Counted from the first letter of the stretch, positions 26,248 through 39,721 are shown. The stretch: 64,000 bases of DNA from Eledone cirrhosa (GCA_964016885.1 OZ024745.1:94612001-94676000); one strand, 5' to 3'. Numbers and translations are program-made. The notes: generated from the letters alone by a model not told the origin.

Positions 26248-26512
26248 TATATTAATAAAAGAAATTCCAACTTTGTTTGATTTACTCGTTTTATTTACAA
26301 TCCTTTAAAATTTATAATGGTATTAGAATGAAATAGTATGGTAGAATATTAAATATTAACCTGAAGATTGCGAAAGCATGAAAGTACTTGTTCAATTAAC
26401 ACTTAACATTTAATATTCTACCATACTATTTCATTCTAATACCATTATAAATTTTAAAGGATTGTAAATAAAACGAGTAAATCAGACAAAGTTGAAATTC
26501 CTTTTATTAATA
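26248..26512 (+). mobile_element. Fold-back element (~110-bp arms) with an HHR in the spacer
   Basis: Arms at 26248-26359 and 26403-26512. Spacer AAC CTGAAGA TTGC GAAA GCAT GAAA GTAC TT GTT (26356-26395). Confidence 0.7.
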
Positions 26513-26994
26513 TAATCTTCTATACATAATCATACACACCCGTGTATATTTATCTCTCTATATATAAATATATATAGTGAATCTGGTCCCTTACGATTTG
26601 AACACATATATGTATATATCTGTGTTCGCTTTTCTTTTATATTCAGTTATAATATACGGCTCGGAAAAATCTCTTTTCTAGAGCTTTTTTATTGTAAGAG
26701 ACTATTTTGAGTTTCTAACTCAATATATACTTTTGATATATTCGGCTAATTCAAATGTCGAGTACACCTAGCTGATATTTTTTAGTGGTGTGAGTTTGTG
26801 AGACACGCTAAGTTCAGATACCATGTGCGTTTATATATACGCACACTATTCAGTTATTTAATATACTTAGAAGTGACCATTTCTTCAAATTGTTTTTAAT
26901 TAAGCATACGGTATATTACCAAATATACTATACATACATTCATATATATATATATATATATATAAAATCAAAAGATGGTTTAAAGAGTTCCATG

Positions 26995-27065
26995 TATTTT
27001 ATTATGCGCATTTCAAAAACAAATATCATCATGCGATGACATTTGCGTTTTCGTCAGATAAAATA
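26995..27065 (-). ncRNA. pLTR type I hammerhead ribozyme (3' copy)
   Basis: Minus strand reads TATTTTAT CTGACGA AAACGCAAATGTCATC GCAT GATGATATTTGTTTTT GAAA TGCGCA TA ATAAAATA. Confidence 0.85.
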
Positions 27066-28052
27066 GGGAGACATGATATGAAGGTTAAAAACACTTGTGA
27101 ATAGTGCGGTTTTAAATCAACATATGAATAGTAGTTTTAGATTGATGTGTGAAATTTGGAAAAAAAAATGAAGGGGAAAGGATGAAAAAGAGGAGGAGAT
27201 GATAGTAAAGAATGGAGGGGGAAGAGTATAATAAGAAAGGATGAGATAGGAGGAGAGATGGGTGATAGAGAGAGATAGATAGCTTTTATAACTTAGAAAA
27301 ATATATTGTTTTACAGAGAGAGGTTAAAAACCGTTGGAAGATAATATATAAATTAAAAGAATTTGAAAATTAACGAAGAGAAAAATTTAAGAATAATGTT
27401 AAATTAAGGTTTGTGTATTGAAGGGTTTAATAATATGTGCGATGAAAAGAAATTGTTAATATGTATTAAGAATAATATTGAGTTAAGGTTTGAATATTGA
27501 AGGGTTTAATAATATGTGCGATGGAAAGAAATTGTTGATATGTATTATTAAAAAAATATAAAAATAGTAATGTCATTAAGGATATATTGTGAAAAGAAGT
27601 AGAAGAGTGGATGAATATGTGTAATATATAGAAGTTAGATGAGCATGAAAGGGAGAACAAAGTAATGGATTGAGGATGAATGATCTAGCGTAAAAAAAAT
27701 GTTTATGTTTACGAAGGATTTTTCAAGGTGATAGTATAAAGTATTTAAAAGGGTAATAGTAAATTTTATGGCCAGTGATAGGATGGAAGAAGGAAGAGTG
27801 GATATATTGTGGTGAGTAATAATGAGAATTGGGAAGTATCCAGGAAGAAAAGGTACAGATTAGAGGTTAGAAATTAAAAAAAAAGGAAAACAAGAAAGAA
27901 AGGGAAGTGATAAATAGGAGTGATATAGAATGAGTAACTAGTATTATATAATGTATAATAAATAACATTGAAATAAGGTAGAAATATGGGTATATTTTAA
28001 AAGAAATAGGATTTAAAAGAAAAAGGATTTTAAATTGGTAAAGTATTAGATA

Positions 28053-30450
28053 TTAGCTGTATACCTTATGGAATGTTCTGTGGAATTTATGCAAGCAGAG
28101 AGAAAACAAGTCAGTGCGTCTATTTATTATAGAATCTAAATTAGATATAATGGTAAATTTCTCACATAAACAGAGATTACATGTCTTGGATAGAGAAGCA
28201 TTCAAGTATGGAGAAGCAGAACAAACCCTACTCCAAGAGATGTTATAGTTAATATTTTTGTCTTTCAAGGACCATATGAGTTCTGAGAGTGCGGTGTTGG
28301 TTCTTTTAAATTGGTATTTAAAGGACGAATGATGATTATAAAGACGAGCTTTAAAGGAGGTGGAAGTGGAGCCAAAATAGGTAAAGGAATTGGTGTCAGT
28401 TATAACTTTACATTCATAGATTAAGTTTTTTTCAAGACAATGGTTGTTGAGAGGACATTTATTTTTAACAGGGCAATTACAATTGCGATTACAGAGATTA
28501 ACAGAGTTATTAACAAGTGACCTAGTGTTATCTATAGAAGGAATTGGATTGGAGAAGTTATTTACTATAGGAATAATAGTTTCTTGATTTAGATTGGGAT
28601 TAAGAACATTTAATGAAGTTGCGTTTGACGTTGTATTTGGGTTTGCAGAAATTAGCCTAGATTTAACAATGACGTCGGGAGTACTATTACTATTATTATG
28701 ATATTCAGTGTTGGGAGGAAGAGATTTAGTATTTAGTATTTTATTGTTGTGTTTATAGATAATGTTGGAGATGTTGGAGGAGGTCGAATAGGAAAATGTT
28801 ATAGTGTGTTTGTTAAATATTTTACTATAAATATGTGAGGTGGGAAGCATTTATTTAAGGCACTAAAGAATAATTTAGGAATATTATTATTAATAGAGAT
28901 GGAGAAATGAGCATTATACCAGATTATGTTTTTGTATCTAGGTCTTTTATTAAAGGTATTGGAATGATCATAGAATTATTCTAGTGTAAGGTCTTCTAGA
29001 ATTTGTTTCTTTACTATATTTGATTTTATCAAGATAACCGCCTTTAGAAAGCGCGTTATTATAGTAATTGGCGTTAGCATCAAAGATGTTTTTATTAGAT
29101 GATAGGTTGGATATTCTTTTTCCAATATTACTAACTATATCATTCTTAATATTAGTGGGGTGGTTAAATTTAAAATTAACATAATTTAGATTCTCATTGT
29201 TTTTATGGTAAGGGTAATATAGGCCAGTGTCAAGATTAAGAGATACATCCAAGAAATTAGCTAGTTTGATGTTGCTATCAAATTCAATTTTTAAGTTATG
29301 TTGGTTAAAGAGATTACGTATATTGTTCTTAATAATATTAAGGTTAACTATGTTGCAATTTAAGATAGTAAAAAGTCCATCATCACGATAAATTCCACCG
29401 CGAAGTTGAGGAATTTTCCGATTCAAAGAATTCAAAATAAAGATACCAATTATATCTGTCAATTGGGATGAATCGGATGCTCCCATTGTGATGTCAAATT
29501 TGTTAGAGGTATCAGCTCTGGTCCAATATTCATTGTTGAACTCTAGGATGGTTTTACGTGCGGTGAGAATGATGTGAAGTTCATCTGTGGTGATGTCAGA
29601 ATATTTGTAAGCGAAAGATAGAGCATTATTGAGAAGTGAAGGCGAAATAGAAGAATAGTAGCTGGCAATATCAAATTGAATAAATTTTTGTTTGTTTTTC
29701 TTATTCAATTTGTTGAACCAGCCAATCACTTCAGAAGTACCAAACCATAAATTTAAGTTCGAAGTAGAGCAATTAGAACGAACCTGTGGGATAATTCTAT
29801 CCAAGATGGCTTTGCTAACAATCTCCAGATCTGATTTAGAGGGGGCGATTAGTCTAACAGGTGCCAAAGTTGTTTTTGTGATCCTTGAGATTTATCCTCG
29901 GAGTTCTTGGGAGGAATGGTTCGTTTTTTTTTCCCGATGCCAAGTTTTGACATAATCTCAGAAGCTTCAAAATTTATGGATTCTAAATTATCATGGTTGG
30001 TTTTGCGATATTTTTTCCTAAGTTCCTTAAGGATAAGGTTGTTATAGTTATCCTTAGAAATACCATATAAATTATTTGTTTTCTCGGAGTGGACTAAAAC
30101 ATTTTTTGAGGAATTTAGGTTTAAAATCGTGTTCTTGAGATTTACAAGGTGCTCTTGTCCTCTGTAAGGGTTTCTCTTGAATTTAAGATTTTTTATAATG
30201 TTAGTTAACTCCTCCTCGAATTGCACTAGATTTTTGTTAGAAGGAGGATTTCTTCTAGAATTAAATAAATGATCGAGAAAGATATGTTCCTTGGTATAGA
30301 AGTTCCCTTTTAGGCGCTGGTCATAGAAAAAAGCTATACATCTAAGCCTTCTCATAAAGGAGTCAGTTTTTTCAATTAGAAGTTTGGTGATTCAGATTTA
30401 CCAGGTATAGGAATGTCTTTAGTTGAAGTGGTTATGTTGTAATAATCCAT
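28053..30450 (-). pseudogene. PLE ORF: reverse transcriptase + C-terminal GIY-YIG endonuclease, a few frameshifts
   Basis: MDYYNITTSTKDIPIP..MRRLR; KFIQFDIASYYSSI; FDITMGASDS; GGIYRDDGL; NFLDVSLNL; CNCPVKNKCPL..C..NLIY..YFGSTSTSFKARLYNH; CNLCLCEK..NRR..CLH. Confidence 0.92.
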
Positions 30451-30644
30451 GTTGAAGAAGAAAAAGTGAAAGACCATCAATATGAGAGTTATCGCTCAAC
30501 TGTTATGGAGCAAGTTAATGTAGGAGGTGAGTTTTATTGTAGCACAATAAAGCAATTCAGATATCGTATAAGTAGCACTCTACAATTTGTAGGACTGGAG
30601 TATAAAAATATATAAGATCAAAAGATGGTTAAAAGAGTTCCATG

Positions 30645-30715
30645 TATTTTATTATGCGCATTTCAAAAACAAATATCATCATGCGATGACATTTGCGTTT
30701 TCGTCAGATAAAATA
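30645..30715 (-). ncRNA. pLTR type I hammerhead ribozyme (5' copy)
   Basis: Same sequence as 26995-27065, about 200 nt upstream of the ORF ATG. Confidence 0.85.
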
Positions 30716-32952
30716 GGGAGACATGATATGAAGGTTAAAAACACTTGTGAATAGTGCGGTTTTAAATCAACATATGAATAGTAGTTTTAGATTGATGTGT
30801 GAAATTTTGAAAAAAAATGAGGGGTGGGTGGGTTGGAAAGGATGAAAAAGAGGAGATGAGAGTAAAGAATGGAGGGGGAGGAGTATAATAAGGAAGGATG
30901 AGATAGGAGGAGAGATGGGTGATAGAGAGAGAGATAGCTTTTATAACTGAGAAAAATGTATTGTTTTACAGAGAGAAGTTAAAAAACCGTTGGAAGATAA
31001 TATATAAATTAAAAGAATTTGAAAATTAACGAAGAGAAAAATTTAAGAATAATGTTAAATTAAGGTTTGTGTATTGAAGGGTTTAATAATATGTTCGATG
31101 AAAAGAAATTGTTAATATGTATTAAGAATAATATTGAGTTATTGTTTGAATATTGAAGGGTTTAATAATATGTGCGATGGAAAGAAATTGTTGATATGTA
31201 TTATTAAAAAAATATAAAAATAGTAATGTAATTAAGGATATATTGTGAAAAGAAGTAGAAGAGTGGATGAATATGTGTAATATATAGAAGTTAGATGAGC
31301 ATGAAAGGGAGAAAAAATAATGAATTGAGGATGAATAATCTAACGTCGAAAAAAATGTTTATGTTTACGAAGGATTTTTCAAGGTGATAGTATAAAGTTT
31401 TTAAAAGGATGAGTAATAATGAGAATTGAGAAGTATCTAGGAAGAAAAGGTACAGATTAGAGGTTAGAAAATAAATGAAAAAAGGAAAAAAAAAGAAAGA
31501 AAGGGAAGTGATAAATAGGAGTGATATAGAATCGCAATTGTAATTGCCCTGTTAAAAATAAATGTCCTCTCAACAACCATTGTCTTGAAAAAAACTTAAT
31601 CTATGAATGTAAAGTTATAACTGACACCAATTCCTTTACCTATTTTGGCTCCACTTCCACCTCCTTTAAAGCTCGTCTTTATAATCATCATTCGTCCTTT
31701 AAATACCAATTTAAAAGAACCAACACCGCACTCTCAGAACTCATATGGTCCTTGAAAGACAAAAATATTAACTATAACATCTCTTGGAGTAGGGTTTGTT
31801 CTGCTTCTCCATACTTGAATGCTTCTCTATCCAAGACATGTAATCTCTGTTTATGTGAGAAATTTACCATTATATCTAATTTAGATTCTATAATAAATAG
31901 ACGCACTGACTTGTTTTCTCTCTGCTTGCATAAATTCCACAGAACATTCCATAAGGTATACAGCTAATATCTAATACTTTACCAATTTAAAATCCTTTTT
32001 CTTTTAAATCCTATTTCTTTTAAAATATACCCATATTTCTACCTTATTTCAATGTTATTTATTATACATTATATAATACTAGTTACTCATTCTATATCAC
32101 TCCTATTTATCACTTCCCTTTCTTTCTTTTTTTCCTTTTTTTAAAAATTTCTAACCTCTAATCTGTACCTTTTCTTCCTGGATACTTCCCAATTCTCATT
32201 ATTACTCACCACAATATATCCACTCTTCCTTCTTCCATCCTATCACTGGCCATAAAATTTACTATTACCCTTTTAAATACTTCATACTATCACCTTGAAA
32301 AATCCTTCGTAAACATAAACATTTTTTTTTACGCTAGATTATTCATCCTCAATCCATTGCTTTGTTCTCCCTTTCATGCTCATCTAACTTCTATATAATA
32401 CACATATTCATCCACTCTTCTACTTCTTTTCACAATATATCCTTAATTACATTACTATTTTTATATTTTTTTAATAATACATATCAACAATTTCTTTCCA
32501 TCGCACATATTATTAAACCCTTCAATATTCAAACCTTAACTCAATATTATTCTTAATACATATTAACAATTTCTTTTCATCGCACATATTATTAAACCCT
32601 TCAATACACAAACCTTAATTTAACATTATTCTTAAATTTTTCTCTTCGTTAATTTTCAAATTCTTTTAATTTATATATTATCTTCCAACGGTTTTTAACC
32701 TCTCTCTGTAAAACAATATATTTTTCTAAGTTATAAAAGCTATCTCTCTCTCTCTATCACCCATCTCTCCTCCTATCTCATCCTTCCTTATTATACTCCT
32801 CCCCCTCCATAATTTACTCTCATCTCCTCCTCTTTTTCATCCCCCCCCTCAATTTTTTCCCCAATATCACACATCAATCTAAAACTACTTTTCATATGTT
32901 GATTTAAAACTGCACTATTCACAATTGTTTTAACCTTCATATCATGTCTCCC

Positions 32953-33023
32953 TATTTTATCTGACGAAAACGCAAATGTCATCGCATGATGATATTTGTT
33001 TTTGAAATGCGCATAATAAAATA
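32953..33023 (+). ncRNA. pLTR type I hammerhead ribozyme (inverted copy)
   Basis: Same motif read directly on the + strand. Confidence 0.85.
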
Positions 33024-33145
33024 CATGAAACACTTTTAACCATCTTTTGATCTTATATATGTTTATACTCCAGTACTACAAACTGTAGAGTGCTACTTAT
33101 CCGATATCTGCATTGCTTTATTGTACTACAATAAAACTCACATCC

Positions 33146-33224
<79 letters not shown>

Positions 33225-33227
<3 letters not shown>

Positions 33228-34161
33228 TATGTATACGTACATACATACATGTATACAGACGTACAGTAGTATGTAAATAGATACATACATGCACACACAT
33301 ATATATATACGTATGGGTTTACCGAATATTTATTATAATGTTGGGTTTGTTTGTCAACAAACAGCCCGAATTAAGCCGTACAGTGTTTAGCAACCATCGT
33401 TGCCCTTTTGTTCAACACTGACAGAGGAACGATGTACTAGTTTCAAGCTTATTAGCTATCGTCAGCATCGTATAGCTTACTGCCAGATGGTTGAACGTCT
33501 GAAAGTATATGCTTTCCTTATGCATATTAACGGCTGAGCACCCTAATTTGCATATCGAGTAAGTTAGTCGGCCGGACGCACCGAAAACGATAAATGGCAA
33601 AAATGAAACGAAATTTCATTTCTCACTCTTAGTACGGCTGTTACTTAAATATAAGTATGTACACGTACATACATATATGTATACAGACGTACAGTAGTAT
33701 GTATATATATATACATACATGCACACAAATATATATATATATGTACGTATGGGTTTACTGTACCGAACATTTATTATAATGCTCGGTGTGTTTGTAAACA
33801 AACAACCCGATTTAAGCCGTACAGTGTTTAGCAACCATCGTTGCCCTTTTTTTCAACACTGACAAAGGAACGATGTACTAGTTTCAAGATTATTAGCTAT
33901 CGTCGGCATCGTATACCTTCCTGCCAGATGATTGAACGCCTGAAAGTATATACTTTCCTTATGGATATTAACGGCTGAGCACAAACCGAGCATTATAATA
34001 AATGTTCGGTAAACCCATGCGTACATATAAATATGTGTGCATGTATGTATATATATACATACTACTGTACGTTTGTATACATATATGTATGTACGTATAC
34101 ATACTTATATTTAAGTAACAGCCGTACTAAGAGTGAGAAATGAAATTTCGTTTCATTTTTT

Positions 34162-34163
<2 letters not shown>
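33225..34163 (-). mobile_element. Family B element: ~1.7 units (441-bp period) plus inverted arm
   Basis: HHRs at 33430-33470 (intact, stem I CGATG/CATCG) and 33871-33911 (core CCGACGA). 33982-34163 is inverted. (TA)n flanks. Confidence 0.8.
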
Positions 34164-34222
<59 letters not shown>

Positions 34223-34294
34223 TATATATATATGTGTGTGTGTGTGTGTGTCTGTGTGTGTGTATGTATATATATGTATATATATATATATCTA

Positions 34295-34867
34295 GGGTGG
34301 TTAAAATTCCCGCGATCCTAAGACGGGTTCTCCCCAACGGTCTATGTCCCTCATTTTCTCTGCCATGTCCTGTGTCTCCAACAGACCAGTGTCTGTCCTT
34401 AGGGCATCAACATATGTTAACTTCGGTCTTCCTCTTCCAGTGTGTCCATGCAGGGGCTCCCACAGGAGCACTGAGTGCAGTGTCAACTCTTGATGTCGGC
34501 GAGCATGTCCAGCTAACCTCAATCTTCTCTGTGTCACTTTCGAGCTGTCTTTTGGGAGGCTCCCGTACAGTCTGAGTTATTCATCCTTAGTGTATATTAG
34601 TTGAGGACTTCCTGTATTTGGGAGCAAAGATTGGGAATACGGAAAATGATGTGGTCGAGAGGAACAGCAAAGCCTGGGCGGCGTGCCACAGCTTGAGATC
34701 GGTGTGGAAGTCGGACCTGAAGATCCGCCTCTTCGTTGCTTTAGTGGAGTCTGTGCTACTGTACGGGTCTGAGACTTGGACACTGACTAAGAAACTCACT
34801 CAGATTGTGGATGGGTGCTACACGAGAATGCTGAGGATGGGTCTGAACATTAATCAGTATACACTGA

Positions 34868-34870
<3 letters not shown>
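34295..34870. mobile_element. RTE-clade LINE 3' portion with 5' inversion
   Basis: Minus 34295-34575: QRRLRLAGHARRH..GRGRPKLTYVD. Plus 34576-34870: DFLYLG..KIRLFVALVESVLLYGSETWTLT..RMLR. Confidence 0.85.
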
Positions 34871-34929
<59 letters not shown>

Positions 34930-34975
34930 ACACACACACACACATACACACACACACACACAAACACACACACAG

Positions 34976-35008
<33 letters not shown>

Positions 35009-35113
35009 ACTTAATATAAAAGAAAAACGAACACAGACATATACATATATGCTATTATTTTAAAGTAGTGACTATGTCACTTACTTCTTTTTTCAGCAAA
35101 GGAAGGGAGAGAA

Positions 35114-35154
35114 GCTGACAGATTCTGTTTCACACTGTTTGTGTTCCTCAGAGC
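35114..35154 (-). ncRNA. Compact type I hammerhead ribozyme
   Basis: Minus strand reads GCT CTGAGGA ACAC AAACA GTGT GAAA CAG AAT CTG TC AGC. Confidence 0.8.
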
Positions 35155-35515
35155 AACGTACTCGCCGAACTTTGCCGAAAATTATAGAGGCTGGATTCTT
35201 ATAGAATTCCAGTAATAATTATTACTGAAATTCAGAGCACCAATCCTAATTTTTAATTGTTGCTGGACCGGCAATTGCTCTGTATAATCAGTTCCTGTAC
35301 ATACATGAATGTATGTATAGTATATTTGGTAATATACTATACATACATTCATGTATACATCGCTATTTCAGAGCACCAATCCTAATATTTAATATATATA
35401 TATATCAGTGTTGAACAAAAGGGCAACGATGGTTGCCGAACACTGTACGGCTTAATTCGTGCTGTTTGTTTACAAACAAACCGAGCATTATAATAAATGT
35501 TCGGTAAACCTATAC

Positions 35516-35552
<37 letters not shown>

Positions 35553-35657
35553 CATGTATGTATGTATACTATTGTACGTCTGCATACATATATATGTATT
35601 AAGAAATAATTAAGAAATAAACCAAAGAAGCCTTCAATACATCAAAAGTCTTTATTA

Positions 35658-35695
35658 GCCAACAATGTTTCGTCCTATTAAGGACACATCAGGGC
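35658..35695 (-). ncRNA. HHR motif with A9>U change
   Basis: Minus strand reads GCC CTGATGT GTCC TTAATA GGAC GAAA CATTG TT GGC. Confidence 0.6.
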
Positions 35696-36118
35696 AAGTA
35701 AAGCTATAAGAAGCACTATCGGCCAAAACAAGCCAAAAACTCAGAAGAATATGGAGTATACATACATTAAAGCATAGGAAAATTATCAGGTAAAAATTAT
35801 CAAGTAAAAATTGCTAAGGAAGTGAATTACATTTTGAACCATATTACAAATATAGTACAATGCAAAAACTAAAGCTAAACACAAGTGGTGATATAAAGGG
35901 AGAATTACGGTGCTAAATATAATATAATATAATATAATATAATATAATATAATATAATATAATATAATATAATATAATTGATAATGATAATAATAATAAT
36001 ATGAAAAGGCCCAATAAACATACACATACATATACATATGTACACATATACATATACATATATATATATCAATACACATATCCATCTATACAAACCCAAA
36101 CTAACACCTATTAAGAGT

Positions 36119-36277
36119 TTAAATAAAAATAAAAATAAAAATAAAAATAAAAATAAAAATAAAAATAAAAATAAAAATAAAAATAAAAATAAAAATAAAA
36201 ATAAAAATAAAAATAAAAATAAAAATAAAAATAAAAATAAAAATAAAAATAAAAATAAAAATAAAAATAAAAATAAA
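36119..36277. repeat. (AAAAAT)n microsatellite
   Basis: Perfect hexamer run; an (AATAT)n run lies at about 35916-35976. Confidence 0.95.
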
Positions 36278-36453
36278 ACATTATTTACAGTATAAAATGA
36301 TAAAGAAATGAGTAAAAGTAAACATATAAAATATAATATACTATATAAATATATAATTAATAGTCTCCGGTCAATTTGCACAAACAGTATAAATATTACA
36401 ATAACACTATAATATCAGCCGTACTAAGAGTGATAAATGAAATTTCATTTTTT

Positions 36454-36491
<38 letters not shown>

Positions 36492-36499
36492 TAATAAAA

Positions 36500-38965
36500 A
36501 CAAAGAAATAAAAACAAAGAACAAAGTTCCTTATATTAAAAAAACTCATCATTTTACGATCGTTTCTAGGGTGTATAATTGTGTTGGTATGTATATCATA
36601 TAGATCTATGTAAAAATATTACAAATTATCAGAGGAAATATACACACCTTCACATATACATGCTGTCCTCAGAAATGAAAAGAATACTTTGGGGATAAAA
36701 AGAGTTCAATCCAGTGAAGGGTACACGAAAATTTGATGTTATTAAAGAATAATGTTAAAAACGAAGGAAAGTAAAATTTTAGGATAAGGGTAGTAGTGAG
36801 AAATATCAATCTTATATAAACTACAAGAAATCTAGATTCATAACAGGAAATTAAATTAATTTATAGGTATACTTTTAGGTATTAATTTTAGGAAAAGAGA
36901 GCTGTAAGAGGGAAATAAAATTATGAAGTTCTTTGTAGCAAAGTACTAATTATAGGTTAACTAAATTAAAAAAACTAATTATAATAATATGTAAAATATA
37001 AGTGTAAGGTGTATATTAATTAGGTTTACAATATTTGAAGGTTCTTTTAATTCTATTATTGCAAGATATAATTAATTCCTGTCGCTTATTTAATAGGATA
37101 TCCTCAGATTTTATGATTTCAAAAAGTTCCTGGGAGCATAACCTACACTCGTATCTGTTATTTTGATAAGGGGTGGCCCTTGTGAGCACACTCCATGTGA
37201 GGTTGTAATCGATATTCTTCTTTCTATAATTATTAATTGTTTCAACCAAGGATGTTGTATTAGCTAATGCGGCATTTTAAAAACTATGTTTATGGGTATT
37301 AAATCTTATTTTAAATTAGTTAGACGTAGTTCCTATATATGAATGAGTGGAGTCCTTAGTGCTAATTTTACATTTACAGACTATGTTATTAATAAGACAA
37401 TTTCCCTTTAATGGGAAATTTCTTTTGATTCTACAGTTACAACCATTCGTAAACATTATATCAGGGGAGTTAGTCAAAACTGGTGTGGAGTTTACAGGAC
37501 CTGTTATAGGTGAAGGACATGGTGGTTTGTTATGGTTTATTTTAGTATTATTATGGTTGGTTTGATGTAGTGGTGGTATATTTATGTTTTTTTTTACACT
37601 TATATGCGTTGTACGCACTTATATTCTGTTGTATATTTTTGGTAGGTGAGTAGGAAAATTTGACAGTTGATCTATTTAAAATTTGATAGTATTTATGGTT
37701 TGGCGGGAAGTTTTTCTCTAGCATAGTAAAAAACTTTTTAGGGATATTATTGTAAATTAAATGGAGTATTATACCAAGTAACCCGTCTATTACGGTTTCG
37801 ATATAGTTTCTTATATTTATACGATGTATCAGGATGTTTACTAAGAGAGTTACTATTAGTGAATTTATTATATATAGGTTTAGTTAGATTAACTGATTTA
37901 GAGGTTTTAGTCTGATTACTAGGAATTTTGTTAGTAATGTTGTTAACATGTATTTGAGTATTAGGATGAATGGTTTTTTGAAAGTCATTATATTTTATGT
38001 GAGAAGAGGTAGAGAAATTAAGTTTTAGGTTGGTATTTTGGGGTGGGTTTTTCATTTGGTATTTGTTGGTAATATTGGGTTGTATGTTTGAAGTATTTTT
38101 GGTGCAAGGTATAAAGACTAATTTGTTTTTGGGGCCGCTTCTAGCTAAAGCTTCGTTATAAAAGGGCGCGTTTTTATCGAATGCATCCTAGTTAGATGAA
38201 CGGTTAGAGATTATATGCTAGTGAGATATTATATGCTAGGTTTTTAAGGATAGATCTAGGGTGATTGGATTGTGAGTGTATGTAATGTAAGTTTTGGTTA
38301 GGTTTATGGTAAGGTTGGTAGATACCCATATATAGGTCTAAAGTTATATCTAGGAAATTGACTATTTTACTGGTGTTTTCAAATGTAATAGTGAGATTGT
38401 AATAGTCTTTGAGGAAAGTTCTAAGTTTTTTTCAATTTCTGATAGGCTAAGATTAGTGGAAAGAAGAAAACAGTCATCACGATATAAACCACCTTTAAGG
38501 TGAGGAAATGATGAATTAATGTTAAATAGAAGAAAGAGGCCCACAGGATCGGTAATTTGGGCGGAATCACTAGAGCCCATGGTAATGTCAAAGAGATTGC
38601 TATATGTATTTCTGGTCCAGTATTCCTTCTGAAATTCCAGTAGTGTTTGTCTAGCGTGCGTGATAATATTAATGTCATCCATAGTTAAGTTTGATCTATT
38701 TTTGGCAAATATCAAGGCTTTGTTCATGTGTATGGGTGATATAGAGGAATAATAAGCATCTATATCAAATTGTAGAAATGAAGCAGATGATTTATTTATA
38801 ATATTAGTAAACCATTTAATTACTTGGGATGTGTTTTCCCAGAGTGGTAAATTAACGTGTTTTCTTAATTGTGGGATGATTATATCTAAAAAAAAGTTAC
38901 CAATGATGCCAATGTCCGACTTGGAAGGGAATATAAGTCTTATAGAAGGATTAGAGTTAAAGTTA
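36500..38965 (-). mobile_element. Second, 5'-truncated Naiad-like PLE of a different family
   Basis: FLQFDIDAYYSSI, FDITMGSSDSAQ, GGLYRDDC, CNCRIK..YIGTT, CRLCSQE..LLNKRQE. Several frameshifts. HHR near the 3' end. Confidence 0.88.
36550..36677 (-). ncRNA. Type I HHR with ~100-nt stem II insert
   Basis: Minus strand reads CATTT CTGAGGA ... GAAA CGATCG TA AAATG. Confidence 0.65.
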
Positions 38966-38979
38966 GATGCATATATATA

Positions 38980-39721
38980 TATTCCTTGAATTTTCTTCTT
39001 TCTTATCTCCTTCCGTGCTCGTATTAAACCTATTATTTACTTTTTCCTATTACAATACATAAAAACAAACTTGGACCCTAAATAATTCCTCTGAGTTCAT
39101 AATTCATTTAATCTTTTCTTCATTCATTTTATCTCCTCAATATTTTTTTACTTTAATAATACATTTTAATAAATTCCTTTTCGCACATATTATTAAACCC
39201 TTCAATATATAAACCTCAAATAAATACTATTCTTAATTCCCTTTTCTTTAATCTTAAACATCACCATTCATAAACCTCATTAACTTTTAATTTCAAAATT
39301 TTTTTAAATTATATATTATCTTACAACGGTTTTTTTTTTATTTCTCTCTGTCAGACAATGTTTCTCAGTATTAAAGGTTATCTCTCTCTCTCTCACTCAT
39401 TTCTCCTCCTCTCTCATCCTTCCTTCGTATACTCCTCCTCCGTCATCCTTTCCTTATTATTATATTTTTTTTTCTTATTATTTTCTTTCTTCCTCTTCCT
39501 TACCTTTTCCTTCCCCCTTCCTTCTTTTGTTCCCAATCTCATATATCCATCTTATTTTATTTTTCATATGTTGATTTAACGCTTCAATGCTCGCAAGTGT
39601 TTTTTTAGCTTCATATCATGTTTCCCTATTTTATCTGATGAGAACGCAAATATCATCCCATGATGATATTTTTGAAATGCGCATAATAAAATACATGGAA
39701 CTCTTTTAACCATCTTTTGAT

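Larger units (their letters stand above)
26965..33148 (-). mobile_element. Near full-length Penelope-like retroelement (Naiad-like) with direct pLTRs and a 5' inverted copy
   Basis: pLTR 26965-27930 is repeated 3650 bp away at 30615-31530. 31531-33148 is an inverted copy of the EN end, pLTR and tail. (TA)n on both sides. Confidence 0.92.

Noticed and set aside
28053-38965. Selenocysteine recoding, reported for some Naiad PLEs
   Set aside because: The conserved Cys positions I checked are ordinary Cys codons, and the ORF breaks are frameshifts or TAA. No SECIS was recognised by eye.
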